Source: an uncultured bacterium
GTDB lineage: Bacteria > Planctomycetota > GCA-002687715
Direction: 5' to 3'
Assembly (NCBI GenBank): GCA_902826835.1
Contig: CADEGH010000001.1
Location: forward strand, 290,859-354,858
DNA length: 64,000 bases
Shown: positions 47,746-58,249 of the stretch, one piece after another
How positions within the stretch are numbered: position 1 is the stretch's first letter
How the letters are laid out: each line of letters opens with the position of its first letter
Program-made: the position numbers and the translations under genes
The notes under the pieces: generated by a model
Told to the model about the DNA's origin: nothing
Database searches by the model: none
The model's input: only the letters and a program-made list of their open reading frames with translations

Positions 47746-50700
47746 AGGCGGCCAGGCGGGCGTCGATCTCGGCGCGCGAGGCCGCCGCGGAGAGCGGTTC
47801 GAGCTCAGGCGCCAGAAGGCCACGGAGACGCCGATCCGCCAGCGCCTGAAGCGGGCGCGACCCGCGCTCCACCAGGCGCAGGAGGAGTCGACACTCGCGC
47901 TCCTTGAGCGGTCCCCCTCCTAGCCAGTCCACTCCCTCGTCGAGCGGCGTTCCCGACTGACTCGCGGCCAAGAGGAACCAAGCGGAGCGCGGCTGCTCCC
48001 CGAACCGCGTTCGGAAGCTGCGGTGCGCCTCGAAGCGGCGCGGCGGTGAGGGATCGCGCGGGGATTGGAAAGTCAGGTCCTCCAAGGCGCGCTCGGCCGC
48101 GAGATCGCCCTCGAGGCTCTTCGCCAAAATCTCCAAGAGGGGAATGTGAGCCTCCTTTTGACCTTGGCGTCCCAATCCGAGCCAGGCCAGCCGGCGCAGG
48201 CCCGGATCCTCTGACTCGGTCGCCTTGAGCAGCGCGGGCGCGACCCCGGGATGGGTGCGATCCGCGAGTGCCATGGCGGCCTCCGATTTCAGCTCCACCT
48301 CGGGAACCGAGCTCAAGAGATCCGCGAGAATTTGGGACGAGTCGTCGCCGGGAAGACTCGCGATCGCGCCGAGTGCTTCGCGTCGCACGTCCAAGGCACC
48401 CGGCTCTTTCACCAGCACGGACTGGGCCACCAACCCCCGCCGGGTCGGAACGAGTCGCAGGCCGCGAACCACCGCCCACCGCTGCTCCCGATCGCCAGCT
48501 CGGTAGATCTCGTGCAGCCGCGGGATCGCCTGGTCCCCACCCACCACCGCGAGCGCTCGCACTGCGTGCGGACGCAGCGAGGCATCATCTCCCTTGATGA
48601 TGGTCTCAAGGAGCGCGAGCAACCGCTCGTCTTGCAGCGCGGTGAGCGCGGCGACCGCGGCCTCCCGCACTTTGGGCTCGGGATCCTTCAGCGCTTCGAC
48701 CGCGAGGTTGGCGACCTGGTCGTCGCCGCGGAACCGGGACAGCGCACCGACCGCGGCCGCCCGAATCCGAGTGCGCCCATCGCGAACCAGACCCACCACC
48801 GATGACTGAGGAAGCCCCGAGAGGAAAGTGTTGAGCACACTCTCCGCGTCCGGCGCGGTCGCCAGATCGAGGAGTTCCAGAGCCTTGGCCCGGAAGGCCC
48901 CGTCTTCGCTGTCCGATCGCCAGCGCAGGAGTTCCCGCGCCGCCTCGCTGAGACCGGTCTCGTGGCGCAGGAGCGCCGCGGTCTCGGTCGCCTTCGCCGA
49001 TTTCCAGGCCGCCGGGGCGGCCTCCAACGCGAGCACGCCGAGTCGACGCGCGCTGGCCGGCGACTGTTCGTAACTGGTGAGAACGAGATCGGCAGTTCGC
49101 GCCGCACGAGCCTCGGCATCCTTGTTCTCGGAGTAGAACGGAAGCGCCTCGCGCAGCGCCGTGGCCCTCGCCCCCGGCGAACTTCCCGGCAAGAATCGCT
49201 GCCAGGCGAGATCCCGTTCGAGGCGATCGAGCAGGTTCAACAGCGGGCGTGCCTCCTCGAAGGCCGTCCCGGCAAACACCTTCTCGGCGTGTTGCGCACC
49301 ACCGGGAATGGTGATCGAGAGTTTGAGCCAGTTCTCCCCCGCCGCGGCTACGCCCGAAGTACGGTCGAAGAATTGGAGGTCGCTCAAAGCTCCGACGAGT
49401 TCCGCTCGTTCGGGGGCGCCAAGCACGAGCGGCGCACTTCCCGCCGCGCCGGCGGCTTCGTCATCGAGTCCCGCGAAGTAATAGGTGCGCAGTTTCGCCC
49501 CGTCACTCGAGACCGCCACTACGCGCGCGGCCTGCAGGTCCTGCGCGACCACCGTGCCGAGTTCGCGGCGGGCCACGAAACTCGCGCCGTTTTCGTCCCA
49601 CCAAGTTTTCCAGGCGCGGGCGTTTTGCCCGAAGCCACGTCCGGTGAGCATTTCGAGTTTCTTCCAAGCGAGATCTTCGATCGAACCGTAGTCGGTGAAG
49701 AACGATCCCCCTGCGAGCGTCGCGAGCAGGATGGGCACGACAAATCGATCTGCGACGCGGCGCAGCTCGCCGTCGTCGGAGCGGAAGCTCAGATTGCTGA
49801 CCGCGATGGCGCCAGTCGCGCGATAAAACTCGTCGTCGCTGCGGACAAACTCGTCGATACGAGCGCGGATCTCGGGCGACTTTTGGAGGTATGCGGCTCC
49901 CGCTAAGTCCTCGGCGTAGACCAGGGACAGAAGGGCGTAGGCCGACATGCGCATCGACGGCGCCGCCGCTAGGCTCCGTAGCCGTTCGATGCGCGCCGGC
50001 GTGCGGGTTTCCGCCAGCGTGCGCGCCGCGAGGATCGCGACCGGCGGCTCCGGATCGGCCAGCGCGTCGAACCACTCCTTGCGCTCCCCGCCTTCGGGCG
50101 TGCGCAGGAGCATCGCGAGGGCGGTAACCCGCACTCCGGGGCGAGGATTGCGCCAGTGCTCGAGCAGCGTGGGCACACATTCGGCCGGAAGGGCCGTCGG
50201 CAGTGCGTCCTTCGCGGCTTCGCGAGTTCGACCACTTTCGTGGGCCAAGAAAGGCAGGATCGCCAGGCTGGCTCGGGCCGGATCGAGGGCGACCGCGGAC
50301 TTCATGAGGAAGGGCAAACCGGCTCGATTACTCGGATCCTTCACGGCCAAGAGCACCGCGTCCAAAGCGGGTTTCTCACCCCGTTCCGCCAACGCCGCCG
50401 CCGCTCCCGCTTGGACTCGCCAGTCGTTGTGGCGGAGCGCCCCCTCAAGGCGTGGTACCACTTCCGGCCCCAGTCCCGCCAGGATGAGCGACGCGTCCCG
50501 TCCCTCCGCGTTCGGCCAGGAACTCAGTTTGGCAAGGAGCTCGGAGATCGGATCCTTCGCGGTGGGTTGCGGGACGGTTTCGGGTCGTACCGGCTCGGCC
50601 GGATTCGAGGGCGCCGGCCGCGGCGGCTCCGGAGGCGTGAACACCGGTTGCTGCGCCAGCGCCGCCACGGAAACCGTCAGACTCAGCCCAAGGACGCCAA

Positions 50701-50749
50701 TAAGAAGGCGTCCACCACGCTGGTGTACCCGGAGAACCACCGTTGACAT
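47708..50749 (-). CDS. large secreted HEAT-repeat (PBS-lyase-type) protein
   Basis: Signal peptide LLIGVLGLSLTVSVAALAQQ. Many HEAT-like units (for example RAAAVGALSRFRGDDQVANLAVEALKDPEPKVREAAVAALTAL). 1013 aa. Confidence 0.7.
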   Translation of the reverse strand: MSTVVLRVHQRGGRLLIGVLGLSLTVSVAALAQQPVFTPPEPPRPAPSNPAEPVRPETVPQPTAKDPISELLAKLSSWPNAEGRDASLILAGLGPEVVPRLEGALRHNDWRVQAGAAAALAERGEKPALDAVLLAVKDPSNRAGLPFLMKSAVALDPARASLAILPFLAHESGRTREAAKDALPTALPAECVPTLLEHWRNPRPGVRVTALAMLLRTPEGGERKEWFDALADPEPPVAILAARTLAETRTPARIERLRSLAAAPSMRMSAYALLSLVYAEDLAGAAYLQKSPEIRARIDEFVRSDDEFYRATGAIAVSNLSFRSDDGELRRVADRFVVPILLATLAGGSFFTDYGSIEDLAWKKLEMLTGRGFGQNARAWKTWWDENGASFVARRELGTVVAQDLQAARVVAVSSDGAKLRTYYFAGLDDEAAGAAGSAPLVLGAPERAELVGALSDLQFFDRTSGVAAAGENWLKLSITIPGGAQHAEKVFAGTAFEEARPLLNLLDRLERDLAWQRFLPGSSPGARATALREALPFYSENKDAEARAARTADLVLTSYEQSPASARRLGVLALEAAPAAWKSAKATETAALLRHETGLSEAARELLRWRSDSEDGAFRAKALELLDLATAPDAESVLNTFLSGLPQSSVVGLVRDGRTRIRAAAVGALSRFRGDDQVANLAVEALKDPEPKVREAAVAALTALQDERLLALLETIIKGDDASLRPHAVRALAVVGGDQAIPRLHEIYRAGDREQRWAVVRGLRLVPTRRGLVAQSVLVKEPGALDVRREALGAIASLPGDDSSQILADLLSSVPEVELKSEAAMALADRTHPGVAPALLKATESEDPGLRRLAWLGLGRQGQKEAHIPLLEILAKSLEGDLAAERALEDLTFQSPRDPSPPRRFEAHRSFRTRFGEQPRSAWFLLAASQSGTPLDEGVDWLGGGPLKERECRLLLRLVERGSRPLQALADRRLRGLLAPELEPLSAAASRAEIDARLAAFNLKLAEPPSGR

Positions 50750-51025
50750 CGCATCACTCCACCACGCGCCGCCCTACCCTGGCCGAGACTGAGCCAGCGC
50801 GTGCGTCGGATGTTCCAGAGAGTCGTACCCGACCGTCGGTCAGCCGCAGTCGATCGCAATGATGCGGAGGCACTCGGGTCGGGTCGCAGGGGCGGGGAGC
50901 TTAGCACCCCAGGGCTGGCGACCCGGGTTCCCCCCCTCCGAGGGCCTGAGGCTCTTCCTCGGGGGACAACTTCGCCCGCGCCGGAGCCCGGCCCAGGGGC
51001 CCAATTCGGGAGGAAGTAACCCCGC

Positions 51026-51508
51026 TCAGTGAACCGCGACAAGAAGTAAGCGGGTTACGCCCTCGGGAGCGAGCGCCCACAACTGGCCGGCCTTGCCGGC
51101 CGCGCCGGTGCGGACCAAGAATCCGCCGGGCAGCACGCCCAACCGGAGCGCTTCGGCCTCGCGCTCCTGCTCGGGGATCGATCTTCCGCGCGGCCAATTG
51201 CCCGCCACCAAGTCGGCGTGCGTGTAGACCGTCATCTCTTGGGCCGAGGCCAATTCCTCTTTCCACTCTCCAAGGACTGACGGCAGGTTTTTGGAGATGT
51301 CGGCCGCGGTCGGCCAAGTGCGGCTGCGCAACCGCAGGGGCGCTCGGCACAGCGGGGCTACGCCCGCCGCATTGCCGGCTTGGACCTCGCGCGCCAAGGT
51401 CTGGAGAAAGCGCTCCGCGTCCGGTTTCGTGAACCCGAGATCCGGTGCAGACTCGCTGCATCCGGCGAGAATCCAGAGAGCGGCGCACCCGGCGATTTTC
51501 CACCACAT
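51026..51508 (-). CDS. hypothetical lipoprotein
   Basis: N-terminal MWWKIAGCAALWILAGC has a lipobox-like LAGC. 160 aa, no other motif. Confidence 0.4.
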   Translation of the reverse strand: MWWKIAGCAALWILAGCSESAPDLGFTKPDAERFLQTLAREVQAGNAAGVAPLCRAPLRLRSRTWPTAADISKNLPSVLGEWKEELASAQEMTVYTHADLVAGNWPRGRSIPEQEREAEALRLGVLPGGFLVRTGAAGKAGQLWALAPEGVTRLLLVAVH

Positions 51509-51551
51509 GCCGAGATCGTGGCAGCCGGAAGCGCGAAGGTCAAGCTCGAGG

Positions 51552-54092
51552 TCACCAGCTCCCGGTGAGCCACGAATAGACCGCGGGCATCGCGTAGCTC
51601 CAACGCAGGATGTTGCCGACGATCTTCGACTCGGAGCCAGGGAACTGCAGCATGCGCATACCGATCGGCGACCACTGCGCGGCGTTATCCAGGTTGGCGG
51701 GCGAGCCGGTCGGAGCCTGGTGATAGCGGGTGATCACGTCGAACAGTCCCGCCGCGGTGGCGTAGTCGTTCATGTTCTCGAACAGCGCGAACGCGTAGGA
51801 CAACGACTCCATCATGGGCCACACGAGATGGTTGCTCATCACGTTGGTGGCCGGGTTCACGGGATCCCAGGAGTCGTACACCATGGGAAGCGTGCAGTTG
51901 GAACGGGTGCCAGTGGCCGGCACCACCATTTCGTGGAACCAACTCTTCATGCGGAGGAGCAGGTCGACATCGGTCGTGTCCCCCGACGCGATCACGTACT
52001 TGACCGCGGCGATGAAGAACAGGTTGTGCATCCACGGCGTGGCGTTGCCTGGAGCGGTCGGATTGGTGATTGAGTACGACTTCAGATGCCCGAGGCCTCC
52101 GGCCATCTGCTCGTAAGTCTTGATCAACTCGATGCCCCGGCCGGCCTCGGAGAGGTAGAGGGGATTGCCCAGATAGTTGTAGCCGTCGACGAGGTTGTCG
52201 ATCGTCCAGCCCGGGATGCGAATACCGTAGGCTCCGTTCCAATTGCCGGGCGCTTTGCGCAGGCAGTAGGCGAGGTTTTCGATCGCGGCCTCCCGGCTGC
52301 CCTCCTCGCCGGTGATGGCGTAATGCAGGAGCACGCCGTGCAACCAGTTGTGACTGGGCTCGCCGAACCGGTAATTCCCGTGGAATTCGCCCTTCTCGTA
52401 ATACTGGCAGCCGCGCCAAAAATCTACGTTGGTCGTGCTGTGGTTCTGGTCGTAGTCCCGGCGGTGCCAAGCCATTTCCCGGCCCATGTCCAAGGCCGAA
52501 TAGGGGCCACCTCGGTACCAATCGAGCAGGAAGGAGCTGGTCCAGTCGTAGTGGAGACTGGCGTAACCCTCGGCCCAGTGAATGTCGCCGAAATTGTCCC
52601 AGCCGAAGAATTGTTTGCCGCCGTAGGTCCCACCCCGGTTGCGGAACGCATTGAGGCCGATGCGACCGAGCGAAGGCTGATCCGTAGCCGCCGCGTCGTT
52701 GGTGATGCCGTTGTGGTGCTGCTCGACGCGATCGAGGCCGGGTGACCCCCAGTTACGCGCGTCACTGAACAACCAACCGACCGCTTGGGTACGTTTGGTC
52801 CAAACGGGCCAAGGCCGACCCGACGCGGGGCGGTTCACCCCGTCCGCCAAGGTCGCGAGTTCCGACGCGGTCCGCAGGCCGCCGGTGTGGAAGTCGAGCA
52901 CGACGCGATAGCTCTTCCACCGACCACCCTCGAAGCGATAGTTCGCGAGGGCCATTGGATCGATGGGATCGTTAGGGCCGCCGTACTGACCGCGGTATTC
53001 CGGCCCATGGCCGAATTCGGGCCACAGTCCGAGCAGGAGCGCTTGGTTTTCGAAGCGCACGCTCTTCGGGAAATTCTGCCAGTAGTCTTCGATGACGGCG
53101 CTGACCCCGCCGTTCGAACCCTGAACATCGATGACTCCGGGGGACAAATCCCCTGCGTTCACCTGGGAGGCCCCGATGTGCTCGCTGTAATCGAAGCGGG
53201 TGAGGACCGCGAGTTCGTTCGAGGCGAGCGGAGGACAATCTTGGGTCTGGCGATAGGCCTGACCGTTTAGCACCTTGGTACCACCGTGGGTAGCCACCGC
53301 GGCTCCGGAGCCCGCGACCGGCAGTCGGAAGTAGAGTTGATCGAAGTAGCGATGGGCCGAGGGAGTGTTGAAGAACACTCCGTAGGCGCCAGGATTCTCC
53401 AGCCGGAAGTCCATCGTGACGGAGCTTTGCCCGGTGTAGAAATACCAGCGGCAGGTGAATTTCAGGTCGTTCGAGAAGGTCCCACGCTGCCGGACGACCA
53501 GGCGCACACTCCCCCACTCCTCGAAGACCGTTTCATTGACGACGTGCTGGATCGGCGCCGTCGAAGGATCCGTGAACAGCAGGCTGCCCGGGGAGTTCAC
53601 CACCGTCGAACCGTCGACCGTCGCCCGATCGAGCACCGAGAACATCGACTTGCCGATCGTGAAGGTCGTGCCCGGACGGGTCGTGACCTCGATGACGCTC
53701 GGAGTCTCCTGGACGGAGATCTGACCCCCGAGGCTCGGCCCCACGCTCAAGTAGTACTGCGTGTTTCCCCCCGCAGGGCAATCCGCGAGGAAGCTCACGA
53801 GCGCCCACTTGATGGGCTTGCTCACGTCGTTCCGATCCCCGTGCCAACGGGAGAGCACTCGGAACTGGTGGGGAACCACCTGCCCCGTCGCGTTCATCAC
53901 CGTGAGCGAAGCCGCCCCCGCGTCGTAAATGAGGGTATCCTTCCCGGGGAAGGGCACTCCGAAGCTGACGGGTTCGTCGTCCCAAGTGGCAGAACCCGGG
54001 TTGATGATCTGGAGGGGTAGCCCTGGAACTTGTGCGATGCCGAACGATGGCAACAGCGCCAAGAGCAAGGCCCCGAGTGGGGATGCTTTCAT
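51552..54092 (-). CDS. large secreted hypothetical protein (aromatic-rich; possibly a carbohydrate-active alpha/alpha-toroid-type enzyme)
   Basis: Signal peptide MKASPLGALLLALLPSFGIAQ. 846 aa, Trp/Tyr-rich with coding-like composition. The family is not recognised from sequence alone. Confidence 0.55.
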   Translation of the reverse strand: MKASPLGALLLALLPSFGIAQVPGLPLQIINPGSATWDDEPVSFGVPFPGKDTLIYDAGAASLTVMNATGQVVPHQFRVLSRWHGDRNDVSKPIKWALVSFLADCPAGGNTQYYLSVGPSLGGQISVQETPSVIEVTTRPGTTFTIGKSMFSVLDRATVDGSTVVNSPGSLLFTDPSTAPIQHVVNETVFEEWGSVRLVVRQRGTFSNDLKFTCRWYFYTGQSSVTMDFRLENPGAYGVFFNTPSAHRYFDQLYFRLPVAGSGAAVATHGGTKVLNGQAYRQTQDCPPLASNELAVLTRFDYSEHIGASQVNAGDLSPGVIDVQGSNGGVSAVIEDYWQNFPKSVRFENQALLLGLWPEFGHGPEYRGQYGGPNDPIDPMALANYRFEGGRWKSYRVVLDFHTGGLRTASELATLADGVNRPASGRPWPVWTKRTQAVGWLFSDARNWGSPGLDRVEQHHNGITNDAAATDQPSLGRIGLNAFRNRGGTYGGKQFFGWDNFGDIHWAEGYASLHYDWTSSFLLDWYRGGPYSALDMGREMAWHRRDYDQNHSTTNVDFWRGCQYYEKGEFHGNYRFGEPSHNWLHGVLLHYAITGEEGSREAAIENLAYCLRKAPGNWNGAYGIRIPGWTIDNLVDGYNYLGNPLYLSEAGRGIELIKTYEQMAGGLGHLKSYSITNPTAPGNATPWMHNLFFIAAVKYVIASGDTTDVDLLLRMKSWFHEMVVPATGTRSNCTLPMVYDSWDPVNPATNVMSNHLVWPMMESLSYAFALFENMNDYATAAGLFDVITRYHQAPTGSPANLDNAAQWSPIGMRMLQFPGSESKIVGNILRWSYAMPAVYSWLTGSW

Positions 54093-54263
54093 GGTTCGCG
54101 AGTCTTTGCGGGCAGGGGGGGCTGCCCTGGTTAGGGAGAGGGGGTTCTTGTCGGGTACTTCGACGCTTTGCTCGCGATCCTGAAGCTCAGACGAAGCTTT
54201 TGTGATCCCGTTGGAAAAAATCCGGAATTCCCCCCCCTCGATCTTGGTCCAGGACGTCTCGGA

Positions 54264-55715
54264 TCAGACCTTGACCGACTTCCACCGGCCTCGCTTGAAC
54301 ATCACCAAAGCGGCGATTGCAAACCCCGACTCCGCCAACGGAATCGACCAGAGCACTCCGTGAAACCCGTGATCAAGAACAAACGCGGCCCAATAGGCGA
54401 GCGGAATCTCCAGGGTCAAGAAGAACCAGAAGTGCAGCCAGGTGGGGGTGCGCGTGTCGCCCGCTCCGTTGAAGGCTTGCACCGCCACCATGCCCCACGC
54501 GTAGAAAATGTAGCCGCTCGCCACGATCCGGAGCGTGTCCACCGCGTGCGGAACAACGTTCGGGTCCGTGGTCATGATCCCCACCACTTGGTGCGGGAAG
54601 AGCTCGAACACCAGAGTGACGACGCCGAGGAAAATCGCGTCGTAGAGGCCGGTCAGCCACACCGCCCGCTCCGCGCGCTCCGGGAGGCCGGCCCCTAGAT
54701 TTTGGCCAACCAAGGTGGCAGCGGCGTTGCTCAATCCCCAGGCCGGCAGGAGCGCAAACACGAGAATGCGGACTCCGATCGTGTACCCGGCGCCCACCCC
54801 CTCGCCAAACTCGCTCACGAATCGCATCAAAATCACCCAACTCGAGGTGGCAATGAGAAATTGTCCGATGGTGCCGACGGAGAGTCGCAGGAGCTGCCAC
54901 ATCGGAGCGGGATCGAATTGTAAAAGCCTCGGAAGGTGGATGCGGCCATGGCCTCCGCGCAGAACGCGGAACTGATAGACCACCGCCACTCCGCGCCCGA
55001 TACAGGTTGCAAGCCCCGCCCCTTCCACTCCCATCGCGGGAAATGGACCCAGCCCGAAAATCAAACACGGGTCGAGGAGGATGTTCAACCCGTTGCTGAT
55101 TGCCAGGGTCTTCAGCGCGAGAATGGGATCCCCGGCGCCCCGGAAGATCGCATTCTGCAAGAAAAGCAGCGTGATGATGACATTGAACCCGAGCATCCAG
55201 CGCGCGTATCCGGTGCCGACGGCGACCACGCGGGGATTGCCGTCCGTCATGAGCGCCAAAAGATCGGCGGCGTAGATCCAAGCTGGCACGCCGATCACCA
55301 CCCCCAAGAGCACCCCAAGCCCGATCGCCTGCGCGCCAGCGCGCGCGGCTCCCGGTAGGTCCTTTTCTCCCACCCGCCGCGCCACCAAAGCGGTCACCGC
55401 CATTCCCAATCCGAAGGCGACCGCATAGATGATCGAGAGCATCGCCTCCGTCGCGCCAATCGACGCCGCGGCGGCGCCCTGCGTGGGCACGGCCCCGAAC
55501 CAGCCATCGTCGATCCGATTGACCCACCAGATGTCCACCACCGCGAACAGGGACTCGAGCGACATCTCCAGCACCATCGGAATCGCGAGCAAGAGGATGG
55601 CCCGGCGTAGGCTTCCTTGGGTGTAGTCGTACTGCTCGCCTCGGAGCGCCCCGGCGATGCGGGCCCACAGGGTCGCAGGGGCGACCGACTCGAAATTCGT
55701 GGATCCGTCGTGCAA
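54264..55715 (-). CDS. MATE-family multidrug/oligosaccharidyl-lipid efflux transporter
   Basis: 12 predicted TM helices. MATE-like ILLLAIPMVLEMSLESLFAVVDIWWV N-terminus and a duplicated 6-TM architecture. Confidence 0.8.
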   Translation of the reverse strand: MHDGSTNFESVAPATLWARIAGALRGEQYDYTQGSLRRAILLLAIPMVLEMSLESLFAVVDIWWVNRIDDGWFGAVPTQGAAAASIGATEAMLSIIYAVAFGLGMAVTALVARRVGEKDLPGAARAGAQAIGLGVLLGVVIGVPAWIYAADLLALMTDGNPRVVAVGTGYARWMLGFNVIITLLFLQNAIFRGAGDPILALKTLAISNGLNILLDPCLIFGLGPFPAMGVEGAGLATCIGRGVAVVYQFRVLRGGHGRIHLPRLLQFDPAPMWQLLRLSVGTIGQFLIATSSWVILMRFVSEFGEGVGAGYTIGVRILVFALLPAWGLSNAAATLVGQNLGAGLPERAERAVWLTGLYDAIFLGVVTLVFELFPHQVVGIMTTDPNVVPHAVDTLRIVASGYIFYAWGMVAVQAFNGAGDTRTPTWLHFWFFLTLEIPLAYWAAFVLDHGFHGVLWSIPLAESGFAIAALVMFKRGRWKSVKV

Positions 55716-55881
55716 CGGTGGTTCTCGAAATGAAGTAGCGGCGAAGCGGAGTCGTCACACATCAACCGGAAGACGGGCGACCGATACCAAGGGGAAACTA
55801 CGTTGCCGATTGGCAATTCAGTAGAAACTCGCGAGCCCCTCCGCCACGCCAAAGACCACGGGTGTCCCGCCCGATTCGCGT

Positions 55882-57966
55882 TCAGCCGGCGTCTTCGGGC
55901 ACGAGCAGAAGGCGATCCTGGCCATCGCGGAGTCGATCCAGATACGCGTTGGTGCGAGGCAGGAGCCCCGCCTTGGCGCACTCGGTTGCGGCCGCAAAAA
56001 TCTCCCGATCCCGGCCACTCTCGAGTTGCAGCCTCGCCCCGAATCCAGACTGACGCAACCCCAACAAGTCGCCCGGACCGCGCTGCCGCAAGTCCTCCTC
56101 GGCAATCACCGCGCCGTCATCCGTGCGCTCCAAAACCGCAAGGCGATCGGAAGTGCGCGGATCAGCTTTGGCGGATGGAACGAGAAGCGCCTGCCCGGGC
56201 TCGGTTCCCCGACCGACCCGACCCCGCAATTGGTGCAGGCTCGAAAGGCCGAGACGTTCCGCCCCGAACACCACGATCAGCGTGGCCTCAGGCACATCCA
56301 CGCCGACTTCGATCACGGTGGTCGCAACCAAGACGGAGACTTCCCCAGCGCGAAATCGACCGATCGCCGCCGCCCGTTCCGCGGACGGCAACCGTCCGTG
56401 CGCTACTGCGAAGGACAGATGTGCGAGCGCCTTTCCCGGGCCGAACAGAGCCGGCACTCCTTTGGCGACCGAGGCTCCGCTCTCGCCATCGATGCTCGGA
56501 AACACGAGGTAGACGCGCTCGCCTTTGGCCGCTACCTCCCGCACCAAAGTGAGCGCCTCCTTCATCTTGGCCAGTCGGCAGGGAGGCAATTGCCGACCCG
56601 CCGGGCGTCCCCCCACTCCCAGCAAATTCAGGCTTCCCCCCAACGCGACCGACAACGAGCGCGGGATCGGGGTGGCACTCATCGAAAGCAGGTGGACGCT
56701 GCGACCCTTTCGGACTGCGGCCAACCGCTGCGCGACGCCGAAGCGATGCTGCTCATCGATGATGACCAGGCCGAGATTTTTCACCGACAATCGTTTGGAC
56801 AGCAGGGACTGAGTGCCCACCGCGAGGTGCACACTCCCGTCGGCAAGGCCGCGGAGGGTCTCTCTCACCTTGGTTCGCTCGATCGAACGCGTGAGGATCG
56901 CGCAGCCCACGCGAGATCCGCGGAGCAAGTGATCGAGCGTCGCGAAGTGCTGTTCAGCCAGGGTTTCGGTGGGAGCCAAGAAGAGCACCTGGAATTTGCT
57001 GGCGATGGCCGCGAGGGCCGTGGCCAGAGCCACCGCGGTCTTTCCGGAACCCACGTCGCCGTGCAGCAGTCGGCGCATCGGCTTCGGCCCTTCGAGTTCC
57101 GGCCACAGCACTGCCAAGGCTTGCTCTTGTCCACGCGTGAATGGCCAGGGGAACCGAGCTCGAATCCGACGACGGACCAACTCGGAGGCTCGGATCACCG
57201 GTCCGAGCCCAGGCTCTCCGGAGATGGCGGGGGTCGCCATGGCCCGTGCCAAACAGCGATCGAAGAGGAGCCGCTCGTTAGCCAACCGCACCGCATCGAA
57301 GCAATCGGGAGCGTGAAGCCCTCGGAAAGCCTCGCTCAAACTCGGGAGGCCTTGGGCGATTCGCACCTCCTCGGGAAGGGGATCCTCAGAGTCGGCGAGC
57401 AACCTTTGGGTCGTTCGCAAGAGTCGGGCCAAAATCCCGACCGGCAGCCCTTCAACCTTGGGCCATACCGGTCGGGGCGCTCTGAGAATCTCCGCCGGAT
57501 CGTCCTGAGCGCCGAGGGAGTAGCCGCGCAAGGCCACCAGTTCGGCGGGCTTCTCTCTCCGGGCGGTGACCACTCCGAGAAAGCGGGTCCCAGGCAGAAA
57601 CTTCTCGAACAGGAAGGCCTGCCGGTAAAACCGGATCCGCACCTTCTCCCGTTCCGTCTGCACGCCCAGTTCAAGGTAGCCACCGGGGACCGCGCGCAGG
57701 CGCCCCTTCTTGCGATCCAGCACGGTTCCGAGCACGCAGAACGGGCCGCTCTCCGGGCGGACTCCGAGTTCGGGCTCTTTCACCCAGCGCAAGGGGGTCA
57801 AGAGCAGGAGGTCCAACACCACCTCGAGGCCGGCGCGACGAAAACTCTCGGCCCGCTTCGGGCCGATGCCGGGTACGGAGGCGAGTGGACTCGCGAAGGT
57901 CAGCGCGGCGGGAGCGTGTTCAGTTCCGCGATGATCGGGGTCGGATCGAGGCCGAGTGGGCGGCAT
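55882..57966 (-). CDS. recG: ATP-dependent DNA helicase RecG
   Basis: N-terminal LASVPGIGPKRAESFRRAGLEVVLDLL. Wedge/OB domain. Helicase motifs LHGDVGSGKTAVA, IIDEQHRFG and the TRG motif region. The true start may be downstream of 57966. Confidence 0.85.
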   Translation of the reverse strand: MPPTRPRSDPDHRGTEHAPAALTFASPLASVPGIGPKRAESFRRAGLEVVLDLLLLTPLRWVKEPELGVRPESGPFCVLGTVLDRKKGRLRAVPGGYLELGVQTEREKVRIRFYRQAFLFEKFLPGTRFLGVVTARREKPAELVALRGYSLGAQDDPAEILRAPRPVWPKVEGLPVGILARLLRTTQRLLADSEDPLPEEVRIAQGLPSLSEAFRGLHAPDCFDAVRLANERLLFDRCLARAMATPAISGEPGLGPVIRASELVRRRIRARFPWPFTRGQEQALAVLWPELEGPKPMRRLLHGDVGSGKTAVALATALAAIASKFQVLFLAPTETLAEQHFATLDHLLRGSRVGCAILTRSIERTKVRETLRGLADGSVHLAVGTQSLLSKRLSVKNLGLVIIDEQHRFGVAQRLAAVRKGRSVHLLSMSATPIPRSLSVALGGSLNLLGVGGRPAGRQLPPCRLAKMKEALTLVREVAAKGERVYLVFPSIDGESGASVAKGVPALFGPGKALAHLSFAVAHGRLPSAERAAAIGRFRAGEVSVLVATTVIEVGVDVPEATLIVVFGAERLGLSSLHQLRGRVGRGTEPGQALLVPSAKADPRTSDRLAVLERTDDGAVIAEEDLRQRGPGDLLGLRQSGFGARLQLESGRDREIFAAATECAKAGLLPRTNAYLDRLRDGQDRLLLVPEDAG

Positions 57967-58079
57967 CCTTCCTCCAACGTCTCTTTCTCAGCCACGATGC
58001 AGTTCGCACAGGGCAACCCGTGCTTGGCCAAGACGGCGGCGACCCGATCGTCCGCGGAAAGCAGATCGATCACCTTCAT
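57900..58079 (-). CDS. small DUF1858-like redox-disulfide domain protein (hypothetical)
   Basis: MKVIDLLSADDRVAAVLAKHGLPCANCIVAEKETLEEGCRPLGLDPTPIIAELN resembles the small CxxC hybrid-cluster-associated disulfide domain. Overlaps the annotated recG 5' end. Confidence 0.35.
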   Translation of the reverse strand: MKVIDLLSADDRVAAVLAKHGLPCANCIVAEKETLEEGCRPLGLDPTPIIAELNTLPPR

Positions 58080-58249
58080 CGATGCCTGGAAGCGCGCCGG
58101 TTGGTCGTTCGAAGACTCCGCCCCGCGTGTTTTGCCCCGGCTCTTCACGCCCCGATGGTCGGTGGTCGGGCATCCAAAATCAAGCGCATGGCCTGATAGG
58201 ATCCGGTCAACGGGGTTCCTTCCGCGCCCTGTCTTCGGAGACTCGAGCG

